Below are positions 40,715-53,054 of a stretch of DNA of 64,000 bases, piece by piece. The first letter of the stretch is position 1. Every line of letters begins with the position of its first letter. A program made the translations under genes and the position numbers. The notes below the pieces were generated by a model, which was not told where the DNA came from, ran no database searches, and saw only the letters and a list, made by a program, of their open reading frames with translations. The stretch lies in the NCBI RefSeq assembly GCF_006345805.1, contig NC_042998.1:200818001-200882000 (forward strand), read 5' to 3'. This DNA comes from Octopus sinensis (lineage: Eukaryota).

Positions 40715-41363
40715 TTATTCCTCAAAGCATGCACCCATATCATCAATACACTTTTGATATTTCAGCAGTAGCTTGTCCAGCCCTGAGCTGTAAAAGCCTG
40801 GCAATCTAGAGTCAATAAAATCTTGGAAGGCTGGTTTTACAGCATCGTGGGAATTAAATCTATTCCTATCAAAAGGCTATCCAAATTCTGGAAGAAGTGG
40901 TAGTCAGTGGGGGCAAGATCAGGTGAGCATGATGGATGAGGGAGAACTTTCAGCTCCAACTCCTGTGCTTTCGCCAATGTCATATTTGTGATGTGTGGTC
41001 TGGCGTTTTCTTGCAGTAAAATAGGAATTGATCTGTTGAATAATCAAGGGTGTATTTTTGTAAGTTTCTGCATCATTTGGTCCAGCTGGCTGCAGTATAC
41101 TTCAACCGTGACTGATGAGCCAGTTTTAATGAAATCATAATGGATCACACCTGCACTAGACCACTAGACACACACCATCAGCTTCTTTTGATAAATTTTG
41201 CTATTTGGACTATGTTTAGGTGGTTCGTATTTAGCCACTGATTGTGCTGAACGTTTACGGTTGTTGTATCGGATCCATTTCTCATCACATATTGCAATTC
41301 GATAAAAAAACGATTAATTTTTGTATTAAGAACATAGCATAATGCAGGCTTCCTAACAAACGT
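40715..41363 (-). pseudogene. Mariner (DD34D) transposase relic, catalytic domain
   Basis: CDEKWIRYNNRKRS..QKKLMVCV*W..GVIHY..LLQENARPH..LPHPSCSPDLAPTDYHFF; in-frame stops; the 5' side is cut by a SINE fragment (41366-41420). Confidence 0.9.
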
Positions 41364-42342
41364 AACCTATTTATTTACTACCCACAAGGGGCTAAACATA
41401 GAGGGGACAAACAAGGACAACCACATACCCATTTACACTGCACGCTTGCTCTACTGATTGTAGACAAAAATTAATCTTGTACACGACAACTATTAATATA
41501 CAAAAATGAATTTTGAAAGCACCAAGCAAAACTCCAACATGATCCGTAGAGGAAAAATCGATTAAATATATGCTACTCAGGTTCTTTGTAATTACTTTGA
41601 GGCAACATATTTATATGCAGGTGACATATTTACATTCTCAATTACAATTAAGTTGTCGTAATGTCTTAAATATCTGATACATCAATTGTTCTCTCCTACG
41701 CGCTGAATCAATGGAAATCACATCGCATTTTACTCTATATGCATTTTGCATTTAGAATTTTAATTATATTTGGAATCTTGTATCAAGCAGAGCATTTTGA
41801 ATTTTACTGAATACAAAGTTTCTATGAGAAAGTTTATATCCATATCAATGGAAACAAGTGAATCTGGACTTAGAGGGATGGGACCTGTATGCTGCCCGTC
41901 TTTATTACACATGTATTGTTACACACGTATACAGCTCCTTCTTTTCCCTTTCAAATTACATCGTATAACCTATCCCTGATTGTCAATTCATAACGTTAAA
42001 AAATATTGTATTTAGCTATTAAACGCACTGTTCACTGTAAAGTGATTCCCATTTAGGCAACAGAAAATCCATTCCCAGGAAAACAAATACAGTACTGATA
42101 TATGTGAGGAAAAACAACGCGTTTATAAACAGTTGGATTAGCTGTAAGTACACGTATTTATGTATCCATGTATTCACGTTTATTCAAGAAAGAACACACA
42201 CACGAAATTCGTGAACACTTTAACCTATTGCATAAATGACAACTTAATTCAATCAATTAATTTTCAGTAATTTAATATCCGTACTTCAGCAAAATTGCTG
42301 CAATACACTACCCGCGGTTATATCTTAGTTAATCTTAGAGCA

Positions 42343-42420
42343 GGGGGCCGCGAGCTGGCAGAATCGTTAGCACGCCGTACGAAACGCTTAGCTGTATTTC
42401 GTCTTTCGTCTCACGTTCCT
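42343..42420 (+). mobile_element. Meta-like SINE head fragment
   Basis: ggccgcgagctggcagaatcgttagcacgccg..gtatttcgtct. Confidence 0.6.
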
Positions 42421-43420
42421 CTTCGATCCTCACGACACCTGATGCGGGGTACACCGTACACCTGTTCAGGTAAAGTTAATTTGACGGAGTGAGTGAGCTA
42501 ATGTACGGCACGTACATTTGATTACTATAAATTATTGGGTGTGGCTCGGCAAAAGCCGAACGTTCATACGTCATTTTGACGTATATATATATATACATGA
42601 GACGCTTTATTTATATGAAGCATTTTATTGCTATGCTATATTTCACTTCACGGTACGCTACCACTCGACTAAACCATGAAGTGTAGAAGAAAATTAGTGC
42701 CTCATTGCAGCATCATGTGAAGTACTCAGAGTTTGAAACAATGTCTTCTTCTCCATATTACCATGGTTGTGGTTGTTGGTGTGAAATACTTTCCGCATAT
42801 CAACTAGTCAATAATAGTGGTGTATATATATATTGTCAGCTGCTGCGAATCCTTTCCTGTACTGTACTGCCGTTAAAGATTCATCAATTCTTCATCGCAA
42901 ATTGAAATTCTTATTAAATCTATAGGTAAATATTATTGGAAGAGTTGCTTTTATCATCTGTATTTCTTTGTTTGAAAGAATTATAGAATATTGAACATTT
43001 TCTTTGTAGTGATTATTTCCTCTATACATTTTGTACAAGACGAGGTTAATCATGTAGTTAGTTAACAAATGTTAGTTATACTATCGTCCTGATTCAAACC
43101 GAAAGTAAATCAAAACGTTACATTCTAAAACCTAGATATATTTTCATCATATATTTGAGTCAGTGACAAAGTGCCACATGAAAAGCAGACGCAAACGTAT
43201 ATGTGCTTCTGATTTTGTGTGTACGCGTGCATGCATGTGTACAAAATTTTGTAGCATGGGTATATGTACATTAACATATAGGTATACGGTGGGTACAGAT
43301 GTGCGGGTTCTTCTAGAGCTAACATTTATTGGCATTTGACCCACAACGATACAAATATAGGACTGACATTGAAAGGAGTAGATAGTTGTTATGTACGTAT
43401 GATCAGAACGTTTGTATACA

Positions 43421-43464
<44 letters not shown>

Positions 43465-43587
43465 ATAGAGGGCATTATTACACATAAATGCCTCACACTA
43501 GGAGGGACAAAGTCATTACTACCAAAATTATACTAATCATACCCAAATGCAGTTTTTCAAAGCAAGACATTTAAAAAAATGAATTTA

Positions 43588-43644
43588 GTTCTGTATCACC
43601 GTGATTTCACATTCAACTTTACGTCTAATGATCGTCAGCAGAAC
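43588..43644 (-). ncRNA. Mirror-image hammerhead motif on the minus strand
   Basis: Reverse complement of 43651-43707. Confidence 0.6.
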
Positions 43645-43650
43645 TGATCA

Positions 43651-43707
43651 GTTCTGCTGACGATCATTAGACGTAAAGTTGAATGTGAAATCACGGTGAT
43701 ACAGAAC
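43651..43707 (+). ncRNA. Type I hammerhead ribozyme motif with AUA triplet
   Basis: gttctg-CTGACGA-tcatt...aatgt-GAAA-tcacggtga-TA-cagaac; stem II is imperfect with a U-U base; stem III ATCAC-G-GTGAT is near-palindromic. Confidence 0.6.
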
Positions 43708-43962
43708 TAAATTCATTTTTTTAATGTCTTGCTTTGAAAAACTGCATTTGGGTATGATTAGTATAATTTTGGTAGTAATGACTTTGTCCCTCCTAGTGTG
43801 AGGCATTTATGTGTAATAATGCCTCTATACAATATAGATATAATTAATTTGTTCAAAAGAAAAAAATTATTTTCGAATTCTTTTCTTTACGAGGTTTTCA
43901 CGCTAGCTACCCGATAATTCTTGTTAAGATCCCTTATTAAGAGATTATCCTTAATTGTTAAA

Positions 43963-44013
<51 letters not shown>

Positions 44014-44295
44014 ATATATGTATGTATATATACATACATATATATATATATATATATGTATGTGTGTATATGTATATGTATATATATATGTCATTGTGTA
44101 TGTATAATTATGTATATATCAAAATATATATATATGTACATATGTATACATACGTATATATATGAATATATATATCAATTTTTATGTATATATATATGCA
44201 GTTTAATATATGTATATAAATGAATATAGTATATGTATACACATACATAAATACATACCATATATATATATATATATTTATGTACGTATATATGT

Positions 44296-44351
<56 letters not shown>

Positions 44352-44599
44352 TATACGTACCATATACATTTATCTTTAGTTCTGTACATTTGAATTACTT
44401 TAATATTCTGAGTTGTGTTTTATTAACCATGCATAGATGGTTTCCTTTATCCATCTTTCTTTCATACAGCAAACCTCTAAGGTATTCCACTTACAACATC
44501 CTCCCAGCTATCTTTACTGGCTTACCTTTATCATTAGTTATTTTTTCTTCCACACCTCTATGAATATATTTTATTACTACACCTAATATATTCTGATTG

Positions 44600-45850
44600 T
44601 TCATATCTATTATGGTTTTCGATGGCTTTCGAATAAAATCATATCAGACTGAGATTCCGATCAATAGACGATTTGAAAACAGCTACGCAATGTTTAACGG
44701 CTATGCAATGTTCACGTATTCTACGACTATGATGACACATATTAATTATATATCAATTTATTCCACATTCATTGATCCATATATTGGAGCATATAGGTTG
44801 ATTATGAATGTGTTCAAGAGTATACGCTATGAGATCAATCATACATTATCGTATACAACGCTTAACCGATATGGAAAAGCACTCGCGAAACATCCATATC
44901 GTGTTTAAACATTAAACCTCTATCGCGTATGCGGATATACACGCATACATATGCATAGACGTAAATAGGTGCCAACGTATATACATACAGATTTATGAGC
45001 GTGTCTGTTTGTGTATATCCCATTATGATTCAGCTAGAATGAAATTCTTTTTAAAGTTCAAAATTACGTCTTTTTCCAATTTTCTATTCACCTGCATTAT
45101 GGTCAAATGCATCATATAAACTTCATGGGTGAGAGAAAATGCTTCAAGAGAGAGTGCTACGTTCTTAACAAAAATCTTCGAGAATCACATGGATACCATA
45201 GTGAGATGGATAGCTAATGTAGAAAAGAAGTTGAGCTATCGAACATCTGAAAGCAATGAGCAAGAAAGAAAGATTTTTAGAATAAAGTAATTTAACTGAA
45301 ATATTTAGAATACAGAACTTTACTTTGTGCATCTTATTTTCACTTTCGGGTTGCATGATTTACGGTTCCCTGGGTATTTTGAGGATACTTATATTGAAGT
45401 CTTGCCAACTAAGTAGACCATATTTCACTGATGTTGTGTAATAATACAAAAGCACTTCCGTTTGTTTTCACAACTTACTATAAAATTTTAGATCCCCTAA
45501 AATATACACCATTATTACTTTCCGCATATCAACTAGTTAATAATATTGGTGTAATCTCCATTACTTTGGTGTTTGATATTTTCAGTACTTTGTAATTAAA
45601 GGGTACCTTTTGTATTGACACTAGGATTAATTTCTGCCAATGGAACTAGTTCATTTCAGAGAAGAAGACATATGTAATCCTCTACTATATGCATTTTTTA
45701 TATAGAACACTGTCACCTGACACATATAATAATCAGCATTTATGCTGGCATTAATAATCGGTGCCATCTCTATTCTTATATGTACTGAAGAACTGACAAC
45801 TGAACAAAGTATGCTACGAAGAGGTGAGTTAATAATCATAAAGAAGATTA
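44600..45850 (-). pseudogene. Possible decayed class C GPCR Venus-flytrap region
   Basis: WMFRECFSISVKRC (44873-44896) then MIDLIAYTLEHIHNQPIC (44789-44842), cf. WFxEFWxxxFxC ... VIDAVYAxAHALHxMHxxLC; upstream EINPSVNT. By-eye only. Confidence 0.3.
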
Positions 45851-46045
45851 TGTCATTTATCAGTCTAATTTCAATATAAGCTTACTCCAATCTGTAGCGT
45901 CTTAATTGACATAATATTTCAATTGAGAACTGTTATTAAAGATAACTCTTCCGCATATATAGAATCATACGCTTCTTCAATATATTACATCGGCAGACAG
46001 GTATCTCAAGGCAGTTCAAAATAGGTGATGCATAGATAGCTCTCT

Positions 46046-46076
<31 letters not shown>

Positions 46077-46236
46077 TATATATATATATATATACATATA
46101 TGAGTGTGTGTGTGTGTTTGTGTGTGTGTCAGTGTGTCTGTGTCTGTATATATATGTAAAAAAAGTCAAGCTAGAAAATGCTAAGGTAATTATATATGCT
46201 ATAATTATAAATGCTAAAATAATTATAAGTATGGAA

Positions 46237-46307
<71 letters not shown>

Positions 46308-46325
46308 ATATATATAATATATATA

Positions 46326-46371
<46 letters not shown>

Positions 46372-46377
46372 TATTAT

Positions 46378-46415
<38 letters not shown>

Positions 46416-46768
46416 GTGGAGGCGCATGGCTCAGTGGTTAGAGCGTCGAGCTTACGATCGTGAGGTTGTGAGTTCGAATCCCGGACCGGGCTGCGTGTTG
46501 TGTTCTTGAGCAAGACACTTTATTTCACGTTGCTCCAGTTCACTCAGCTGTAGAAGTGAGTTGCGACGTCACTGGTGCCAAGCTGTATCGACCTTTGTCT
46601 TTCCCTTGGATAACACTGGTGGCGTGGAGAGGGGAGGCCGGTATGCATGGGCGACTGCTGGTCTTCCATAAAAAAACAACCTTGCCCAGACTTGTGCCTC
46701 AGAGGGTAACTCTCTAGGTGCAAACCCATGGTCACACATGACCGAAGGGGGTCTTTACCTTTACCTTT
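46416..46768 (+). mobile_element. Young full-length tRNA-derived SINE with a CORE-like domain and (tttacc)n tail
   Basis: A box tggctcagtggtt, B box gttcgaatcc, tRNA-Arg(ACG)-like head, CORE-like tgtgttcttgagcaagacacttta; inserted in (TA)n. Confidence 0.85.
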
Positions 46769-46835
46769 ATATGTATATATATATATATTATATATATATA
46801 CATACATATGTATATATATATATGTGAGTGTACAT

Positions 46836-46872
<37 letters not shown>

Positions 46873-46877
46873 GATAT

Positions 46878-46909
<32 letters not shown>

Positions 46910-47020
46910 CATCTATGCATATGTGTATATATATACATTTATATGTATATGTATATATATACATACATGTATATATATATATATATACTTTATTTTAAGC
47001 AGCAGAAAATTTAACAAAAT

Positions 47021-47058
47021 CTGTTACTCTGAGTTTCTCGTTGCCGTTCATCAGACAG
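47021..47058 (-). ncRNA. Minimal hammerhead ribozyme in the inverted pseudo-LTR
   Basis: Reverse complement of ctgtCTGATGAacggcaacgaGAAActcagaGTAacag. Confidence 0.7.
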
Positions 47059-48218
47059 TTTTTGCTAGAATGGAACATATATATTAATTCAATCTATACT
47101 CTTACAAACGCTACACCTTTAAAAAGAAATGGACTTGTTTGATTGACCCTTTAGAAAAAACGGTCAATCTTCGAGCGATAAACAAAAAGGTCAAAAATAT
47201 GTATATATATATAAAAAAACTTATAAAAATTATAAAAATTATAAAATCCGAGGAAAAAACCGAGAAAAAAACCTATTGCCGTTAATGAAGACAGTACAAT
47301 TAATGCATAGAAATTAAACCTGTTATAAATACTGCAATACATATTTATATTAAAATCCACATATATATATCAACATACACAAAAGGATGCGCGTAAACGC
47401 CATACATACATATACAGACGTATGAATATGAATCTAAATTATACACATAAAAGCATGTGTACATATATTCACGCAAACCGTCTCGCACGCAAGCTAAAAT
47501 TCATCTATGTAGCAATTCTCATATACTGAGCAAGGAGGGGGAACGAAAGAAAGGGAAAGAGAGAAAAAGGAACGAAAGAGGGGTGGGGGGAAACTTGTAG
47601 CGATGTTATTGGCATCTATAGAGGCCAGTATACATACACAAGTTTGAATTGATACATATACATACCGTCGTGTGTATGCGTGCTTAAGCACAAGCATACT
47701 TTCACTTACACATACACAGATACGCATGCTTACAAATACATATGCTTTGCTATACACAAACTTATATAAACATTCTAAATTTGACAACATTGCTTTGGTT
47801 TGCGTGAATATATGTACACATGCTTTTATGTGTATAATTTAGATTCATATTCATACGTCTGTATATGTATGTATGGCGTTTACGCGCATCCTTTTGTGTA
47901 TGTTGATATATATATGTGGATTTTAATATAAATATGTATTGCAGTATTTATAACAGGTTTAATTTCTATGCATTAATTTGTACTGTCTTCATTAACGGCA
48001 ATAGGTTTTTTCTCGGTTTTTTCCTCGGATTTTATAATTTTTATAATTTTTATAAGTTTTTCTATATAATATACATATATTTTTGACCTTTTTGTTTATC
48101 GCTCGAAGATTGACCGTTTTTTCTAAAGGGCCAATCAAACAAGTCCATTTCTTTTTAAAGGTGTAGCGTTTGTAAGAGTATAGATTGAATTAATATATAT
48201 GTTCCATTCTAGCAAAAA

Positions 48219-48256
48219 CTGTCTGATGAACGGCAACGAGAAACTCAGAGTAACAG
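48219..48256 (+). ncRNA. Minimal type I hammerhead ribozyme in the 5' pseudo-LTR
   Basis: ctgt-CTGATGA-acggcaacga-GAAA-ctcaga-GTA-acag; very short stems II and III, as described for PLE HHRs. Confidence 0.7.
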
Positions 48257-48424
48257 ATTTTGTTGAATTTTCTGCTGCTTAAAATAAAGCATATTACTCT
48301 ACCACTGGTATTTGAGTACTCTTTTTTCCACCTTGTTTCACATTTATGTGTTACTCCGGTCTAACCCGCTCCTTGTAAAAGTTTGAGCGACTCTGCAAGT
48401 AGGAAGAACAAACAGCTGAAAAAG

Positions 48425-50552
48425 ATGGAACTTTACCCGCTGGATTTTTCTCAGAAAATATACCTATCCCTGCAAAAACAAATATCAAAGGTCTTATAGA
48501 GAAAACGGAAGAGTTTATTAGAAGACTGAGATGGAAAGCCTTCTTCTTTGATAATAAACAGAAAATAGAAGGTAACAAATATGGATTTAAATCTCCCAGA
48601 AACCCGCCACCGATTCCGGAATTAGAAGCCTTCGAGAAAGACCTTTTCGAGATTATTAGGAAAATTAAATTCCGCAAATTTACCAACCAATTGCAAAAAA
48701 CATGAGAGAAAAAATTAAGGAGATTAATGACTCGAATAAGATCTTCGTTAATTCTGACAAGACAAGGAACTTATATGCACTTGATAAGGACGTTTATAAA
48801 CGCCTGATTTCGAATAGTGTCACGGACACATACAAAAAAGACAACACGAATATATACAAAGAGGTGAACTTAGAAGCAAGAGGAATAGCTAACGATCTTA
48901 AGATTAGCGATAGGATTGAATACCTTTCACCACGACCAGCTTTTATTACTCTGAAAGACCATAAAGACAATTTTAGTAGAAACCCCAAATGTAGGTGATA
49001 AATCCGGCTAAAACTGAGATAGGAATTATTAGCAAAAATATTTTGGACCGTATTTTAGTTAAGTTAGATAGTGAAGTAGACTTGAGAATTTGGAAGAATA
49101 GTAAGTCAGTTATAGAGTGGTTTAAAGGTATTAGCTATAAGATAATTGTAGTTTCACACAATTCGACATTATTGACTTTTACCCGTCGATATCTAGGACG
49201 TTGCTCCTAAGGGCATTGGACTTCGCCAAGCAGTATGTCAACATCGATAGCTCGGAAATTGAAATTATTATGCATGCGAGGAAATCGCTTCTGTTTTTCG
49301 AGGATTCCACCTGGATTAAGAAGACTGAGGATTCTCTTTTCGATGTACCGATGGGGGCATACGACGGGGCTGAATTATGTATGCTCATAGGAGCCTTTAT
49401 TCTCCATAATCTAAAAATAGAATTCCCATTTATAGATGCAGGTCTATATAGGGATGACGGCCTTATAGCCACGCATAATCTAAACGGCCATGAATCAGAT
49501 AGACTTAGGAAGGACCTTATAGCTTTCTTTCAAAGGATGGGCTTACGGATTACGATAGATACTAACCTGAATAGTGTAGATTTTTTAGACGTAAATTTTA
49601 ATGTAAGATCGGATAGATTTAAACCTTTCCGTAAGCCCAATGAAAAGCTATATATATAGCAAAGATTCGAACCATCCACCAGTTATCCTTAGCAACTTAG
49701 TCAGCAATGTAGGTAGAAGAATATCTTCAATTTCTTCGGACGAGGCAGCATTCCATAATGCTGCACCTTTTTACGATAGCGCATTAAAGAATAGTGGATT
49801 CTCGGAGAAGATCCAGTTCAACCAGCTTAATGCTAATAATAATGCTGCACGAAGAACTAGGATCAGGAAAGTTTTGTGGTTCAACCCGGCTTTCAATTTG
49901 GCCGTAAAGACTAATATAGGTAAGGAATTTTTGAGATTAGTCTCTAAGCATTTTAAGCAGGGTCATAAATTCTACAGAATATTTAATAGAAGAACCCTGA
50001 AGGTTAGCTATTCTTGTTGCAGAAATTTCACCTCTTACATTAGCCAACATAATAGGAAGCTAATTGAGATTAGACATGGTGCCGAGCCCATTAAGAAATG
50101 TAATTGCAAAAACGAAAGCTCATGTTCGTTAGAAGGGAAATGTCTAGTGAAAGGAGTAGTTTATAGAGCCAAGGTGCAAGTGGAAGGCTCATCGGAATAC
50201 AAGACATACACAGGGGCTTCAGAAAAATTCATTTAAAACAAGATTTTATTCTCATAAGAATTCTTTTAAATACCCAGAGAATAGGAAGAAAACCAGCCTA
50301 GCAAAATATGTCTGGGAACTAAAAGAAAAGGAAGCCCCACCTTTCAACGTGACATGGAGCATTCTGAACAGGGCGGCACCATACAGGCATGGAGCTTACA
50401 AATATAATTTCAAGTGCAAGCTTTGCTTATTAGAAAAAATGCACATATTATTCAAAGACAATAATTCTTTGAATCAAAGAAGTGAGTTAATGAACTTATG
50501 TAGGCACGCGGCTAAATTTAAAATGTCGAATATAAATATACCATATGGATAG
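48425..50552 (+). CDS. PLE reverse transcriptase plus C-terminal GIY-YIG endonuclease, split by about six 1-nt frameshifts
   Basis: KNIPIP..RRLRWKAFFF; LKDHK..NPKCR(L)INPAK; FDIIDFYPS; FDVPMGAYDGAELC; LYRDDGL; VDFLDV; KVLWFNP; CNCKNESSCSLEGKC; VVYRA..YTG..FKTRFYSH; CKLCLLEK..LNQRSEL. Confidence 0.85.
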
Positions 50553-51560
50553 AGTATATATTTTGTATTTTGATTTTTGATTTTTGATTTTGACTCTTAA
50601 GCGCTACGACGGATCTATAACAAAGTCTTATTGTTTCTACATATATATTAGGAAAAACCTACAAACTTTGTTTTCATGTTATTGTATTGCATAGGATTAC
50701 CTTGATTATTTATATTACCTTGATTATTTATAAATGACCCAAAATAGGATGTTATATTTTATTTTATATGTCTTTCGTATATATTTTTATTAATGCACCC
50801 ATTTTTTAAAAGCAATGTTTTTTTTAAAAAAGCAATGTTGTCAAATTTAGAATGTTTATATAAGTTTGTGTATAGCAAAGCATATGTATTGTAAGCATGC
50901 GTATCTGTGTATGTGTAAGTGAAAGTATGCTTGTGCTTAAGCACGCATACACGCGACGGTATGTATATGTATCAATTCAAACTTGTGTATGTATACTGGC
51001 CTCTATAGATGCCAATAACATCGCTACAAGTTTCCCCCCCACCCCTCTTTCGTTCCTTTTTCTCTCTTTCCCTTTCTTTCGTTCCCCCTCCTTGCTCAGT
51101 ATATGAGAATTGCTACATAGATGAATTTTAGCTTGCGTGCGAGACGGTTTGCGTGAATATATGTACACATGCTTTTATGTGTATAATTTAGATTCATATC
51201 CATACGTCTGTATATGTATGTATGGCGTTTACGCGCATCCTTTTGTGTATGTTGATATATATATGTGGATTTTAATATAAATATGTATTGCAGTATTTAT
51301 AACAGGTTTAATTTCTATGCATTAATTTGTACTGTCTTCATTAACGGCAATAGGTTTTTTCCTCGGTTTTTTCCTCGGATTTTATAATTTTTATAAGTTT
51401 TTTTATATATATATACATATATTTCTGACCTTTTTGTTTATCGCTCGAAGATTGACCGTTTTTTCTAAAGGGCCAATCAAACAAGTCCATTTCTTTTTAA
51501 AGGTGTAGCGTTTGTAAGAGTATAGATTGAAATAATATATATGTTCCATTCTAGCAAAAA

Positions 51561-51598
51561 CTGTCTGATGAACGGCAACGAGAAACTCAGAGTAACAG
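51561..51598 (+). ncRNA. Minimal hammerhead ribozyme in the 3' pseudo-LTR
   Basis: Identical to 48219-48256. Confidence 0.7.
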
Positions 51599-51702
51599 AT
51601 TTTGTTGAATTTTCTGCTGCTTAAAATAAAGCATATTACTCTACCACTGGTATTTGAGTACTCTTTTTTCCACCTTGTTTCACATTTATGTGTTTACTCC
51701 GG

Positions 51703-51736
<34 letters not shown>

Positions 51737-53054
51737 TACACATATATATTATATATCTAAATATATATGTGTGTATATATATTTATAGACAGAGAGACAA
51801 ATATTTGTGTGTGTGTGTGTTTACTTACACATATTTACATATTTGCATACACGCATGTGAAGGATTGGACAAACGAAAATAACAGCACTTGTCACGTCTA
51901 GTAGTAGCTGAATATAGGTAACCTTTATTATTAAACATCGGTTTTACCTACCACTATATGACTTAAGGTTTTGTCATCTCATGGGACGAACCCTTTGCAT
52001 CATATACCTTTCTGGAAAATCCACGTGTGTACCAATGTGAATATATGCATGCCAATATGTATGTACGCTTGTGCTTGCATAAATGCAATTGTAGGAGATG
52101 TTAATTTGAGTAGTTAAGGATCTAGTTTCATATGCATCGATTCCAATTGTAAAATACCAATTACCTGGTATTTACAAATATTTTCTCATCCGCGATGAAT
52201 TGTAGCGAAATCAAGATCATGCGTGAATCACTTCATTGGTAGATAATGTATAACTTCATATATTTTCCAGCAGTTGTTCCATTTTCCTGACGTTAAGGTT
52301 ACACGTGCTTGTTAGAGGCTAATGCAACGAACAGGTTTGTCTCATGATCAAAGAACTGATAAACTATTCGAAAGAGCAGTTATAATTTACTTTTTATCTA
52401 TTTGTGTGTAAATACATGCACGCAAACACACACAGACACTCAAAATTATATGTATATGCTTCTCTGCATGTTGAAGCAGGTGAGAATGTGTATATGTTTG
52501 TCGGCTACTAATGTATCTAAAAGAGAACACTCGTCAAAGAGTGGATGAAGCTATGATGGTTAGGTATTTGCATTCTTGTAGATACAGACCATTTTACAGG
52601 TTTCGCCAAGATAAGTAAACTTTCACAACTTTCTCAGAGAAATAAGTAAAGCAAAATTAACAAGAAATATATATAACATAAATGTAACACAGAATATAGC
52701 TTTACTTACAAAAGAGATTATGGAAAAACGAAGTGGTAATTGAATCACATACATGCTGGAGTCATTATTTATTACTTGCGGCGAATATACAGTCCTGCAT
52801 TGATGTAGCACAGGGTTTCCATAAATTCGTTAGGTACAGTAAGGTAAAAAAAAAAAAAAAAAAAATACAACAGAAACACTCAAAGACGCAGAAAATAATC
52901 TTTCAGTAAGTACCATTGTGTCTGAAATACTATACACACACAAAACTGAGAACAAACGAATATGTGGAAACCACAAAAATGCAGATACAAATATGGAAAT
53001 ATGCGCCAGTTAATAAACCTATAGATATATGTACACACATATATATTTTGCTAC

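Larger units (their letters stand above)
43457..43836. repeat. Spacer-less palindrome with about 190-bp arms; each arm carries an HHR
   Basis: Centre cagaactga|tcagttctg at 43647/43648; the arms differ by two 1-nt homopolymer indels. Confidence 0.95.
46988..51703 (+). mobile_element. Penelope-like element (PLE), near full length, with an inverted 5' extension and direct pseudo-LTRs
   Basis: 47797-48360 matches 51146-51703 (direct); 46988-47796 is the reverse complement of about 50829-51630; both ends abut (TA)n. Confidence 0.92.

Noticed and set aside
41108-41145. CTGATGA...GAAA motif
   Set aside because: It lies inside mariner coding sequence with no stems; a chance match.
46421-46493. tRNA-Arg(ACG)-like gene
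   Set aside because: It continues directly into a CORE-like body and repeat tail, so it is a SINE head and not a tRNA gene.
48703-48998. TGA codons in the PLE ORF read as selenocysteine, as reported for some Naiad PLEs
   Set aside because: Homology resumes in a different frame after each TGA, so they arise from 1-nt indels rather than in-frame readthrough; the endonuclease here is also C-terminal.
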